DNA of 63,635 bases, counting the filler, from Asterionella formosa (Eukaryota), in assembly GCA_002256025.1 (NCBI GenBank). It is 5 parts of 5 records of this genome, joined end to end, with 100 filler letters (N's around TTAATTAATTAA, not from the genome) between each part and the next. Parts side by side here need not be neighbours in the genome. Positions count along the whole stretch, not along the records: positions 38,246 to 50,890 come from NKIB01007330.1; positions 50,991 to 63,635 come from NKIB01007331.1; 3 more parts are not named here. One strand, 5' to 3'. The notes beneath the pieces were generated by a model. That model ran no database searches, was not told where the DNA came from, and worked only from the letters and a program-made list of their open reading frames with translations. The position numbers were made by a program, and so were the translations under genes. Shown here in pieces: positions 48,674 through 61,900 of the stretch (within the stretch, counting starts at the first letter, position 1; every line of letters begins with the position of its first letter).

Positions 48674-49079
48674 TGTTGAAATAGTCCGTACTCCTTCCCG
48701 CGGGTTGGGTCTCTCTTCACGTAGACTCTTACGTGATCGTAGTACTACCTAGTACCACTTACTTTCTCTCTTGTCTCTGCTTCTAGCCTTTCTGCTAGAT
48801 AGACTAATTGACCTTACTGTCAATTAACACACTGTTTCCTCGGTTGATAATCTAAAACTCAAATTAAATTATAAGCTAAACTAAATGTTTCCTTTCCATG
48901 CATCTTTGCTTCCTGCAAAGTCATTCTAAGACTCTCTTCGAGTTTCCACTTAACATTTCCATAGAAATCTTCAATCTCTGATCTCGTTAGACAGCTGATT
49001 GACGTGGCAATGCAATATTCGACTCATTCGATTACAATCGAGTCCACAATCCTTGTGACTCGGGCTAATATTCTTGACA
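48674..49079. mobile_element. Possible old solo LTR (family B)
   Basis: TGTTGAAATA...TATTCTTGACA, 406 bp, flanks TGAATG/GGAGTG; shares a GACTCATT motif near its end with the other LTRs in the window. Confidence 0.4.
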
Positions 49080-49595
49080 GGAGTGCTGGTATACTACATC
49101 CATGTCACCTTTTGCTGGTGTGATACTCACTCCCTTTACAAGGGTACCTGGTACCGGCATCGTGCTCCTTGTGTGTGCTTCACAGCAACCAAAGCAACTC
49201 AATAGACTACCGGTACTGTAGAGAAAAATTTTCAAGTCGTGGTGGGGGGAACAAAACCAGCTCAAGTCATATTGTTTGATGGAAGAGGAACGACATACTG
49301 GGTATATGCTAACAACTATTATACATTGTAAGATAAGAACAGTGCATATGGTTGTACATAGCTTGCAAGTTTGCTCTGAATAACGAGCATGGTTGATCCC
49401 AACTTTCAATTCAGTCATGAAGCATCGGGATCAAAGAAATTAAAGATAAAAACCAAAAATTTGTCAGATTCAACTACAATCAAGGAATTCTGCCATTTTT
49501 CTTCTATAGGCAAGAATGGTGTTTTCCGAACGACCAGCCTTATTGTCTGCTGCAAGAACCTGTTTTGCTTGAGCTGCGAATTTTCCACTTCATCT

Positions 49596-50883
49596 AAACC
49601 GTGTATTACGTGAAGTGACCATCACGTAAATAAGCCTAGTTGATTTTGAATGGATCACATGAATTTGTTGAATACATCAAATGCTTACTTGAATATATCT
49701 ATATATTATCTGAATACATCACATCAATTATTGGATCAGAGTATCATGCATGCATTCCTGATCATCACTATATTACTTGATCACCTTCACATAATTATTT
49801 GAAATACTTCACCCAATTATTTGAAATACTTCACTTAATTCTGTAATTTAGTTCACATTGCCTTATAATTTTGTTCACGTAATTCTATAATATAGTTCAC
49901 GTAATGCATTAAATTTGTTTACGTAATTTAGAAGTACTATCAAATATGTTGATTACTAATTCAACTACTGGCCGGTGCCGGTATTTCACATTACATGGGA
50001 AATAAATCTCGATATGCAATCAAACAAAGCAGTTCTTTCAGAATGGCATCTTCAGTCTTGAGAAGGCAGGCATCATGAGACGTCTGTAAGGACAATGCAA
50101 GACAAACAGAAGCTGTTCATTCTGAATGAAAAAATTATTCATTCTTGAAGAGGCATCATGGTGCAATATTGCAACAGGAATGCATCACACTGGCTTCCTT
50201 CTTGTCCTTGAAATGACTTCTGCATTGACCTGCAAAGAATTACATAACAACAGTGTGTCAGTAATTCATTTAATAGAACTAGCAACAGCAGAAAGCAACA
50301 CACACATGTGCTATTCAACTGTTTCACGGAGCAGTCAAATTGACAGCAAGATACCGGCATTAGCCACCAGCCACCAGCCACCAGGCAGCACCGCAACTCA
50401 GTGATGCGCTCAAAAAAATGCTCCTGTTGTGAAATGGACGGCTAAAATCTTGAGGGGGGATGCTAGTTGTAAGGGTCGTCCCCATGTTGAAAATAAATTG
50501 TTCACAGTGGTGTTGAATGTTGGTGTTTTTATGAATTCAGAGGGTCAAAAATCCTGGCGCAGCCATGACTTCCTCTTTGAACCAACAGAACCTACAATCT
50601 ACACGAAAAAATCTGGCGCAATCTTGCTAACAATTTCGTTGGGACAAATTTTTGAGGCTACAAGTGTGACTTGAACAAATATGACAAGAGGGAGAGGACA
50701 CAGCCAAAAGTTACTCCTAATTGCACATGCACTGGATGATCTACCATTAGCCTTATCCTACTACATCTAAGACGCGAAATACGCCACTTTTCGAAATTTC
50801 GTCTACGTATGAGTGTTAATTATGTGGTACTTCACATGCATTAATGCCACTCTTCACGTAAAAAAGATTACTTTTAACGGTTT
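49596..50883. mobile_element. Possible non-autonomous DNA transposon with subterminal repeats
   Basis: Imperfect inverted ends (AAACCGT...TTACGTGAAG) and an array of about 21-22-bp TTCAC/TAATT units at about 49790-49930. Confidence 0.4.
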
Positions 50884-50890
50884 CATGTGA

Positions 50891-50990
50891 NNNNNNNNNN
50901 NNNNNNNNNNNNNNNNNNNNNNNNNNNNNNNNNNTTAATTAATTAANNNNNNNNNNNNNNNNNNNNNNNNNNNNNNNNNNNNNNNNNNNN
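50891..50990. other. Artificial scaffold linker
   Basis: 100-nt N/TTAATTAATTAA spacer. Confidence 0.95.
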
Positions 50991-51559
50991 GTAGTACCAT
51001 AGACAGCTACCATATCTGCATTTCCCATAACGAGGGCAATTTCAGTAGCAGCAAAGCTCAAACGCTCAGACGCGATTCGCATCATTTCCGTTCTTTGCTC
51101 ATCTTCCATTTCGATTTCAATGCACCTCTCTTGCATGTAAAGGATCGCAATAGTAATATTTTTTCGTCGCTTCACTCGCTCTTGCAGAATGTCCTCGATG
51201 ATGATGGTCTCCAAACCTCGACGAGAGTGACCGTTTGAAGTCCAGTAGACAAGATCACCAAGCAAAGCTTTCGATAAAACTTTGCCATTTGTTATCTTCG
51301 CGTAGACCTTGGAGAGTGTCGCAGTATAGGATGGTATTGCCTTGTTAATGGCAAATGAGCGGTCGAACTCATTCGCTATGTTCGCGACATTGAAGGATGC
51401 TTTCCTCATGGATACGAATTCATCCGGTTGCCACCAGAGACGGAAATCATCGGATGACTCGCGAACAAAGTTGGAAGGGTGAATCGACGTCTTTATCTCT
51501 TCACCCTCCATCTCGAAGCGGACTCGTTGGCAGCCTGGGGATATCGAATCAGTGGACAT
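50991..51559 (-). CDS. Diatom-type hypothetical protein (RVRF ... LWW ... RGLE motif family), 3'-partial
   Basis: MSTDSISPGCQRVRF...LWWQPDEF...SRRGLE...Q...SERLS..A...A...G..D pattern, common in diatom proteomes. Confidence 0.7.
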
Positions 51560-51685
51560 ACTGCTAATAGAAATAACTGGCAAACGATTGCAAAAATGAG
51601 ATAAATTGCTGTTGACACAAGTTAGTTTCAACCAGAATTTGAGCAGGGCCACCGCATCGACCAGGACCAAGACCAATTGCAGTTG

Positions 51686-51796
51686 GGGGGTCATTAAATG
51701 TCACGATGCGTCACATTGGTCCAATAAGCTAAAATATTTTAGCCACCGCATAAACCAAGACCATATTTGCTTCGGTCTTGGTCGAGAATGACCCCC
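51686..51796. mobile_element. Possible Harbinger-type MITE
   Basis: TIR GGGGGTCATT...AATGACCCCC, flanks TTG/TTA; the internal GCCACCGCAT...CCAAGACCA is also present just upstream (51647-51675). Confidence 0.45.
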
Positions 51797-52472
51797 TTAT
51801 TATATTTTCTGACCGTAGCCAATTAGAAGAAGCATTTCTATAATGGCTGGGTGCACGAAGAAATAGTAGAGCTGGTATGTTATTTTTTTAGCTTTCGGTT
51901 GGATGAAGATTCTATTAGCTATGTCATTACACTTGCTTCATCATTACACTTGCTTCGTTCCCTCTGACAATGGTGGTGTATTTCTCCAGATCACTTTGTC
52001 TCCTGCATGCATTGATAGCTGTATTTAACCATCATGAGCCAAAGAGACATTGGTGCACACAGCAAACAATACACCCATCCATTTATATTGACTTGTTTCA
52101 AGGCTGCAATTAGCTAAGGGAACAAGCACTTCATGACCGCTAGCTACTGGCAGACCAATTGCAGCTATACATGCTCCAGAAGTACTCAATTGAGGATACA
52201 GTACAGTTTAATTAAGCTTTGATGATAAGGTTGGTCAACAAGGTGCTTCCTCACATAAGTTCTGCACCCAACACTCTAGAGATTCAAGGTGGCCAATAAG
52301 TGCAGGTATACACCATGCATTCCTTCCAAAATCGGAAACATCACTATTTCTTCTTTGTTACCATCAAATTGAAAGTCTTTCCTACCCTCCCTTCACAGTT
52401 GAAACCGTCATGATGGGAAAAGTTTTTTTAGTGACAAGGCTTTTAGCAGGCAGTCAGAGTAAGCGATTGTCA

Positions 52473-52538
52473 GGGGAACGGCTCCTCAGTGGTTAGCACA
52501 CCCTTCTGCAGCGGCGGGTTCGATTCCTGCATTCTCCA
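52473..52538 (+). pseudogene. tRNA-like sequence (degenerate tRNA or SINE head)
   Basis: Acceptor stem GGGGAAC/ATTCTCC-A, A-box-like CTCAGTGGTTAG, T-arm GCGGG-TTCGATT-CCTGC and a downstream T-run; anticodon arm not recoverable. Confidence 0.6.
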
Positions 52539-52564
52539 GCTGTCTTTTTCATGTAATCCCTAAG

Positions 52565-52760
52565 ATGTGGGTTGGTTCAAAGGGAGAATGGCCACTACTT
52601 CCAAAGGATGAAGGTACAGGCTCAATGATTTCTGCATTTGTCTCTCTTGAGCATGGGTTACTCCTACAGATACCAATGAATGTCCTTGCTGAAATAAGCC
52701 TCTGTCGCCTTGGGAAGAACTATGCAGACGAGGACGCTGCAATTTAAGTGGATGGTGGAT
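52565..52760 (+). pseudogene. IS630/Tc1-like DDE transposase fragment
   Basis: WVGSKGEWPLLPKDEGTGSMISAFVSLEHG matches the W...LPK..G.G.M.SAF pattern that follows the first catalytic Asp. Confidence 0.55.
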
Positions 52761-54390
52761 GACAAAAAAGACAAATATTGGTAAAAGGCTACAGACAAAG
52801 TTAAACTTCCATTTCAATTCTTGGAATTTTAGGTTCAGGAAAACCTAATAATGACTTGCTGCCTTCAATACTTTTGTACAGTGTAAAACGGATGACGGAT
52901 TCAGGTGTATAGATTGATCTTGGTACATGATGCATTGGGTTACCGGTACAGTACCAGTTCCTGGTGCCCTACTACATTTACCTGGTATGATGGTTCTACA
53001 CGTAGATAAAAGACCGGAAAATCTAGATTTTTCTATTAATGGGAGATTGATAACAATACCTGTAAGTATGACTGGGGTATGGAATATCAAGTACCAGAGG
53101 ATCATTTAAGTACATCCCAGAGTTGGAAAGAATATTGTTGGCATGAACTTTTCGTTGTCCTTGTCACAATCATTAAAAAACATTCAATATTGCGAAACCA
53201 TATATTATTGATCTGCAGTTTACCACAGCTCACCTTTGGTATTCCTGCACTATAAAGCTCATCAAAGCAATCAAACAAAATCCATAATTCATATTCATTC
53301 TTTAATATACTTTCTAGCTCTTCAGAGAAATTGTAAGTGAACTTTGTGTTGTGGTATGTTGCGTTGGTTGCATGTTGGTAAAGCAGCTACCATCCTAACA
53401 GCTCGTTGCATGTGTGGCATGTGGTTTTTAACATAGGCTGTTAACGATCATAAGTTACAGCCTTGTAAATATTAGTTTGATTATGTAGTTGTCTGATCAA
53501 TTCTGTTTACAAAACTAGTATGGAGAATGAATCATTTGTTTTCGTTGTCAATTCTGCCAAATTCAAGCCCAATTGATTGCCAGCAATCATCGATTAACCA
53601 CCCTGTTCTCCTTTCTAGACCCTTCCTTAGAATGTACTTGCTGCCTAATAATGATCAATTTTAATATTTGTAACTCCAGCACATTTTTGATTGTTGAATG
53701 ATGGAAACGACCGAGCTTAGTGGCTTCTCTGTCACCATGATGTATATTTCTCACTGGGAGTCCACCATTTGTTGCAAGCTGGTAAATCAGGTTGGCTTGA
53801 TAAACATGCAAACAAAAGAAGAAAGAACATGATTCATTGAATTATATAAGGCAGTGATGATTGAACTCCATCAGGTTTTTAATAATAGACTCCTCAACAA
53901 AGGGCTTCATGAGCGATGGAAGTGCATATCATAGCTAAGCTCTGCTCATTGTGCAAGATTATTCATACCAGCTAGTAGTCTGGATAGATTTACTTAAGAC
54001 TATAATTTTGCGATCAAAATTCTGATTTTGAAACTTTGATTCAAATGAATTGCTAGTTATTGAAATAAATGGGGGAATTTGGTTCAAGCATCTGCCAGAA
54101 GAAGCTTTCAATAATGATGCCATTATTGAATGCTGTCAATAATTGTCGACAGAACTAGTAGCACTGAGACTACAAATTGCTAGCTATTTATTATATTCAC
54201 TAATCATTTCATCTACATTCTATCATTTGCTTGAAGTTGAAATGAAGTGATTGTGAGTTGTTATTTAAATTTTGTGTTCATCCTAGTATAGTAACAATAT
54301 TTTTTGTCGTATCCTCGTCCGCCTTGCAACGCATTATCAGTTCTTTCTGTATTAGGTATGGTTGGGTGTGGTCCACCCGAGAAAGAAGTC

Positions 54391-54737
54391 TCTTAAAGTG
54401 AGCTCATCTACGTAGTTATGACTCGGATTCAAATGAGTCAAATGATTCGAATGAGTCAATTTTGATGTACCAAGCTCTCATCAGCCACACGTTCAACCTT
54501 GTTATTCGTCTACCTACAATGAGCTGGAATGATATAAGCTATTTCGGAAGATCGATAGTTTGAAATGAATGATCACTGATTATAAACCTATGATCAGTAA
54601 GTGTGAGATAGACATGGGTCTATCTAACTAGTTTAGTAACTCACAATAAGAAAATAGAAACGAAAGAAAAACAAATGTCTCTATCTATAACCTCCTTTGT
54701 CTAATGATAAAGATGTATCTAAAAAGTTACTTTAACA
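54391..54737. mobile_element. Solo LTR (family A), inverted and internally deleted
   Basis: Reverse-complement homolog of 1722-2148; ends TCTTAAAGT/ACTTTAACA; degenerate flanks GAAGTC/AAATTC. Confidence 0.75.
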
Positions 54738-56659
54738 AAATTCAGGGTGTGAAGAAGAAGAATTGCTTGGGGGGGGGGATAAAAACTGAGAGTCATCCCT
54801 ATTTTACCCTATATTACGACTCAAATTATTTTAGTCCGATTACATGGCAATGTTGAAGCAAGTTTGAAGGTTATTGTAGCTCATCCTCTCGGGTACTACT
54901 AGATCTAATTATAACTTGGGTGAGCTCAATATTTCTTGAGATATAAAAGATTCTGATGTCATCGTTTTGCCTCAAAAGGATGACTTTCAGTATATTGGTT
55001 TTTAACACATACATGAGGAAATTTTGATCTTCCATTTTTTTCGTGACGGTTTGAGAAATATTTAATTAGGTCTATCGCGTGACAGCCTTCCACTTGTTGT
55101 TTGACAATTCTCATACATAAAACATATAGGTCATACAATAGTAACTGCTGGAGATAACCTGGTAATGGTAACAGGTAAGCATCATGACGATGCTGCTGAT
55201 TGACCAAGAAGCCATGACAACGATGAAAGACAATTTTGTTTAAATATTGAATTATGAATGAATAATGGGTTTTTAAAATGTAATCTCGAGTAGATTATGT
55301 TTTATCGTAGAATGGCGCATCTGTTCGAAAGTGTTGCATCTTGATGCGACAAAGAGGGATCGAGAAATCATCGATAGTGTTGAGCGCCATTGTGAGTTTT
55401 CCGATTATACATTTTCGACTATATCTAAACAAGTATACAAGCTACAATAAAATTCGTTTCATAATATACTAGCAAATAATCTATTCTACTCAGAGGACTA
55501 ATAACAACATAGCTTTTCATTTGTTTTAATGGTTGTACATAATGATAATGCCGGCAAAAAATAGATTTATACGCTGGTGAGATTCTGCCGTCAGTGCGTA
55601 CATACCGGTAAATTGATCGCTGCCTTGAATCAATGCGTGGTGAACAGGACGGAGCAACAGCGCTCCATGTGACATCTTCTGCAAAATAAAACCATCATAT
55701 TTCCATGATGCATCATAGGATTATGATCATCTGATCATAATTTTTCGTTATATCATCTAATAATTTTGATAAATGCCCTTGTAATTTAAATAGTAACCCT
55801 TTTGACTATGTAAATTTAATTATTATATGTACTGTTTCTGTTAGGCTCCTTTATTTAAATTTCTTGGTAGGATAATGTCGTACCAGCTAAAGTAATGTGG
55901 TTTGGCTCATCATCCTCTCCAGTCCTCACTCTGATTCTTGCAACAACGACAAAGCAGCCATGTAGAGCAGAGGAACAAGTGTTTGTGATAAAATCTTCAT
56001 TTGTCGTTCAAGTCACTATATGTCTTTGATGAATCACTATCTACAGTGTACAGTATGTTCGTATGCAATCCGTTAAGAGCTTGAAAAGAAATCCAATGAA
56101 AACCAAATGGCTCATCACACAAAAAGAATATTTCCGGTCTGTCACCAGAGCATCGATGAGTGTTACAACCTCAATCATAGCTAAATAGCATCCATTATAG
56201 AACAGCATAATCTACTTCTATGTTACATCGTCTCTCTAACAAAAACGTAATACATCTAGAATTGAAATGCAGCATAGCAGGCGATATGCACGAAGAAGCA
56301 TGAGACTGTATATGTATAGTAACAGAGTGATTCTGGTTTCGTAATTTTCATGTCTCATTAGATTTCCTTTGTCATCGTACTAGTTCCTTACCTTTGAAGA
56401 CAGGAGCGTATACTTTGATGTATCTGGAAGGGTTCAATGAATGGCAGCAGTTGGATTTAGACACAAACCTTGACAAAAGCACTATTTTGTAAATGAAAAG
56501 CCAGACACTTTGACCTATCGCCCACCGGCCAGTCTATACTGCAAAACTGCAAGAAGCACAAGTTGAATGCCCATTTATGTATTCATGTTTCAGTTGTGCA
56601 ACAATGTAAAATATTAGAAACCGCAAGTAACATTTCATCTAATTACGGTTTTCAATTTT

Positions 56660-57360
56660 ACTGTTTTTGATTGAGAGGAAGCAATGGGGGTAGAATGCCA
56701 AACGGGAGGGGGCAAACACAGAGAAGCCTACTAATTTTCCCCCCAATGATCCCTGACCTTCTTTCATGTCACTTGCTACAGAAAATGGAGAACAGCCGCC
56801 ATGATGTGTTGATTGTTGCTGTATGGTGCCACTGACCGAAACCTCTAGAAATCTCAATGAGTCGCTTGATTTTTTGACTTGAATGCCAAAGGGATCAAAA
56901 CCAGTAGAAAAAATAAAAGGGAACTAAAAATGCTCTGCAAACGTCAGGACAATTGTGAAAGAGAAATGAAGGTTCTTGGGGGGAGAAGTAAAGGGATAAC
57001 TGCTTCTGGTCTTGCGGGAACAAGAATGGATTGACCCAAACAATGTTGACAAATAGGTACCTACCGGAAAAGGAAGCAATGCTTTTGGCATCATCAATCT
57101 ATACACAAGCCTGCGCCACCTGATGTCGTCAATATAGCTACCTCGACTTCATCAATGAAGAAATCGATGGGCGGAGCATGTGAGGAAAATCGGGGTTGAT
57201 GTTTTCTTGACGCCAATGTGCTTGGCTGAACTTGCAGATGAAAGCATTGAGTAACCTGGGCCTCTGCAGCCAAAGGATAAAGAAAAGTCTATGACAATGG
57301 TGGTGAGATAGTGTCTAGGAGCAACAGTTATCATAGCTGAACGCATTCGAAAATTGGTAT
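56660..57360 (+). pseudogene. IS630/Tc1-like transposase remnant (C-terminal half)
   Basis: Frame-broken GGEVKG*LLLVLREQEWIDPNN, DFINEE, GVDVFLTPMCLAELADESIE (cf. TPKCHAELAGEGIEY), ERIRK. Confidence 0.6.
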
Positions 57361-57399
57361 AGACAATAAATGGTGGCAACCTTGAAAATTGAGCATCGA

Positions 57400-58200
57400 C
57401 ATCCATCATAGTTGGGGTTTTCTGTTTGCTTGGTGATGAATATTCATCATGATGATGCTTTCGTTTGTTGCTCCTTCCATGCTCCTTATTCCTCTTCTCT
57501 TCGCGATCTGCCAGCAGCATCTCTTGTCGACTATATTTACAACATCACTGTCTTTTCTCATCTGGAACCAATTGCATATTCTTCCGAAAAATCTTTAAAG
57601 TAAGCAAATAGCACAAAGTTGGATCCCTGTATTCCCAATGATTGGGTGGGCTTGGAACAACCATGATTTCGAGTCTGCTGGTTGATTGACCAGGTAGATC
57701 AACTCCATCAATCATGATTTGATACATTGGATTCTTCTTTTGGAAACTTTGCTTTTAAATATTGCAGACAAATTTGAAATATGCATCCTTCAAACCTTGT
57801 CCACTTGGAAGTTTGTGCATATCCTGGGCGATGTTTGAACTAGAAATGATACTGTTGCGAAGTTTGTTTCTAATCTCCTGCCACTTTCTCCATAAGGTAT
57901 CGCCAGTCATGCTCGACTTATCCTTGGACCCCAATGCATATCGCAGTTGAGTTTTTATAGCGGTATCACACATATCATCCTTGAGGTCTTCATCCAGAAT
58001 TCGAAAATACGCTTCAGCCATATCTCGAAATTTCTTCTCCTCCCTAGATGCAAACCTGTGTTGAAGTTCACAACCAGCAGCAAATATAATGGCAATCTGT
58101 ACACTTCGAAGCATGTGCACTTAAATGGGGCCGCCTATCCAATATCGAATACGGTCGCAAAAGGAATGCTCCTCCTCAGTTGAGTATTCTATTGGTCCTT
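57400..58200 (-). pseudogene. Disrupted Myb/SANT-like ORF, probably a transposon accessory gene
   Basis: TGDTLWRKWQEIRNKLRN...KLPSG in fragmented ORFs; a GCC|TAA Harbinger-like terminus lies at about 58564. Confidence 0.4.
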
Positions 58201-58676
58201 CAGTCGCCATTGTGATAATAGAGAGATGCTGGTGGTGGGACGAGCAGAGGAGAAAGGATATAGGACGATGTGAAGGCCGATCACCTTAAAACAACAATAG
58301 CAATGATGATGATGGAGCATTGAGTGTTGACAATTTTCATCATAATTAATTACTATAATATTCCTGCGGACGAGACTACTAATTTTCATGTAGGAAATAA
58401 ATTTCAATTCTCGAGATCGGTGATTTGACATATGGATTGACATACTATTTAATCTTTGGGACCGTAAGGTGGCCATAAAATTTCCCGAATACAAAGATCG
58501 AAGATTTTGCTGCGATAGCTTCGCAATATTCGATCTTCGTATTTCGTGCACCGTAATTTCAGCCTAACACCAGGGTACCACCTAAAAACTGAGAGTCATT
58601 CTTATTTTTTTTAAACTGAGAGTCATCCTTAAACAGGGTAATCACACGTTTTGGCACGAATATTGGAGATACGTTC

Positions 58677-58950
58677 TAGTCTACCCAGTCTTGCTTGTTC
58701 TTGTCTGATTACTCATGTAATCCTGAACAAGACTTCTCACACTTTCCTTGATCCCGTCAAAATGATCTTGCTTACTTTGACAATAAGTAAGCATATTCAT
58801 TTGACAATAAGTGAGCATCTGATTCACTTGTCAATAAGTAAACATCTCCAGTCATTCGTCAATAAGTGTCGCATGTTTTGGATCTTGGTTTTTAATCACT
58901 ACTACTAAGAATATTGATTCTCGACTCATTGGATTTCATATATTTTATCA
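58677..58950 (-). repeat. 3' LTR of the Copia element (truncated by about 100 bp)
   Basis: Near-identical to 63339-63610. Confidence 0.85.
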
Positions 58951-61900
58951 CCCTCCCTGATCTCGAAACCAACAATCCATAGTCCCATTCATAGTAATGT
59001 GGGTTGCATGAGTGTCATGAATTTTTTGAGTGACATTCTTTGAAAGTAGGTCTGCGGGATTCTTCAAAGTATTCCATAGTCAACTCTAATATCCCCAGCC
59101 TTTACCTTCTCTCGAATGAAATGATATCTCACATCAATATGCTTAGTTTGTGAACCAACCTGCTGATTCTTTGATAGAAAAATTGCACCTGTATTGTCTT
59201 CTGCAATGATACTGGTTATTTCCACGTATTCAACTTCATTGAGTAGATTCATCATAAAAGTAGTTTCCTTTGATCCATCTGATAGAGCCACATACTCTGC
59301 TTCAGTGCTGGAAACAGTAACAATCTTCTGTCCTTTCGAAATCCAATTCACTAGCTATGCACCACCAATCGTACCCAAATATGCACTTGTCGATTTCCTA
59401 GTATCTGGTGGATTGTCCCCAAATGAGCTGTCTACCACATCTTGAACTCGTAATTCATGTGCTGGTGGTCTCATTTATAATTTTCTGTTCCTTTCATCAG
59501 TTGCAATGAAACCAAACAAACGTTCAACAGCACTGCAATGGGCATCACCTGGATTCTCTAAATGTTGAGAAAGTTCACGACATGCATTCGCGCATATTTG
59601 TCCAACTTTCTTCACAAAATACAACAATTTTCCAACCATTGAACGATATTCTTTATGGAGAGTCACTTTGTCTGGATTCTTTCTGAGAACAATTCCTGGA
59701 AATGCTGGGGTTGATGCATCTTTTGGATACTTTCCAAAAAGATCATGAGAATCTTGGAGCATAACATGCACAAAATCCTCCATGCTCGACTCCAAGTACC
59801 GTCCCACTTTATCTTCGCCCCAATTGTACCACACTCCCAAATGCTTTTTCAAAGGGCCAAGCTCCTTACTTGTGAAGTGTTTCTTGATTTCATTTTTGAA
59901 CCATTTAATATTATTTGGCTTTCCAGCAACTGCAAACCAATTGTCGACATGTGTGGCAATTATTAGGATTAGTGCATTATTTTCCTTGATGAAGAATACA
60001 ACACATGGATCGACCTTGCTTTGTCGCATTCCAACTTGCTTTGGTTAAGTTTTGAACCATCTTCTTAAAGAATTGTAGCGCTGCTTGAACTGTGCCATAC
60101 ATGGCCTTCTCCACTTAATGCATTTGTTTTTCATTGTTTCTTTTGTTTCGAAAACAAAGTCTAAAACCCCATCTGGCCATTCAATATAGATTTGCTCTTC
60201 CATGTCTCCTTCAAGAAAAGCAGCTTCAACATCAATGATTTCACAAACCCATCGTATTTCTTCAGACTTATCCCATTTGTAGAACGAGAGAGCGAATATC
60301 ATACGCATTGAAGCATCTGTTGCAACTGGAGCAAATGAATCAGTGAAATCCAGTCCTGGGATCTGAATGTAGCATTTCACTACAATACATCCTTTGTATC
60401 AAATACTTTTATCCTGTTCAGACTTCTTCTTGAATACACAGCGTGTGCCTAACGGTTTTCTGCCATTGAGATTGTCAAGAGGAACCATTTTCCAAAAATT
60501 TCGCTTGTAGAAGTTGTTGATTTCATTTTTAATAGCAACGGTCCACTGCTTGCTCTCATCTACTTTCATACTAGCCTTCTTGTAATGCTTTGGCTCACCA
60601 GGATCTGAAGCAAGAGTAGTAGAATATACATAGAACCTCTCTACTCCTTCTTCACTTTGAAATATTTCATAATCATCTTGTTGATAGTCCGATTCAGCAT
60701 TATCGATTCCTTCAATTGATCCTTTGTCCTTGTCATCTAGTTGTATGTTGCGCCGAGCACTGGTGCGTTTGCCAGTAACTTCTTTCCAACCATCAAGGCG
60801 TCGTTTCAATTCTCGTTCCAATTTTGCTTTCTTCGAAGCATCTTTGTTGATCTCATCATCTAACTTCCCCTCTGCTTCGGATAGCTGAAATCTTGTTTGT
60901 TTCACAACTGGAACAGGTGTTTCCAGATCAATTTCCTGCTGGATAGGTGGCACGACAGCAGGAATAACATCTTCGTCCTGCTTTTCATCATCAATTGGAA
61001 TAACAACCACTTCTGTTTCCCCTTCCACATTGAAAACCCCCCTCAAACCTGCGATTGGACTTGTTTGGCCATGCCAATTAGCCCAGGAAATGTTTCGACT
61101 ATTTAAAATCTTTCGTGTCTGAGGGTTAAACATTCGGTAAGTTTCTCCAGCATGATCATGAGAATAACCAACCATCACACATTTAATGGCCTTTTCTTCG
61201 AGTTTATTTGTTTTCTTAGCACCAATTTTCACCCATCCGATCCTGCCAAAATGCATTAGATGATCGTAAATCATTGGAACCTTTTTGTAAAACTTCTCAT
61301 CTGCACTTTTTACATCATTAGATGTGGCCACAATGTTCGTGATTCGTGTGTTGGTGTTGATGGCCTCTGCCCAAAGTAAACCTTGAAATTCATCATTAAA
61401 TTTTGCAGCAAACATTGCTGCACATGCTCGTTGACGAATGATTACAAACTTTTGCTCAACAATTCCATTCTGTTGTGGCGTGTAGTGTGCCATAAACTCA
61501 ATTTGAATATTGAATTTGTCACATAGCTTTGTCAAACCTGAGACGTTTTCACCCGCATTGTCACAACGGAGAAACTTGGTAACATACTCAGCCGTTTTGA
61601 GTTTAGTCAACAAATCTTCAATCTTTGAAGCAACCTGTGACTTCTTCTTAACAAAGAAACTCCAAGATTTTCCGGTGTAATCGTCAACAACAAGGATCCA
61701 ATAGTCATTTGTTCCTAAAATCGACTTTTTATATAGACCGCTGATATCTGTGCACAAACATTCGCCCAGCCGGTTGAGTAGCCTTGCTCACAGTCATTTT
61801 AGGAACACTTTTTGCTTTAGCACTTAGCTAGCGCACATCCTTCACATGTATACATCACACCTGTCATTTTGATACCAAGCAATTTCATAGTAGCCCGCAA

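Noticed and set aside
51923..51956. 17-bp direct duplication TCATTACACTTGCTTC
   Set aside because: Isolated local duplication with no further structure.
54000..54140. ATP-grasp-like peptide ELLVIEINGG
   Set aside because: Too short and frame-broken to call.
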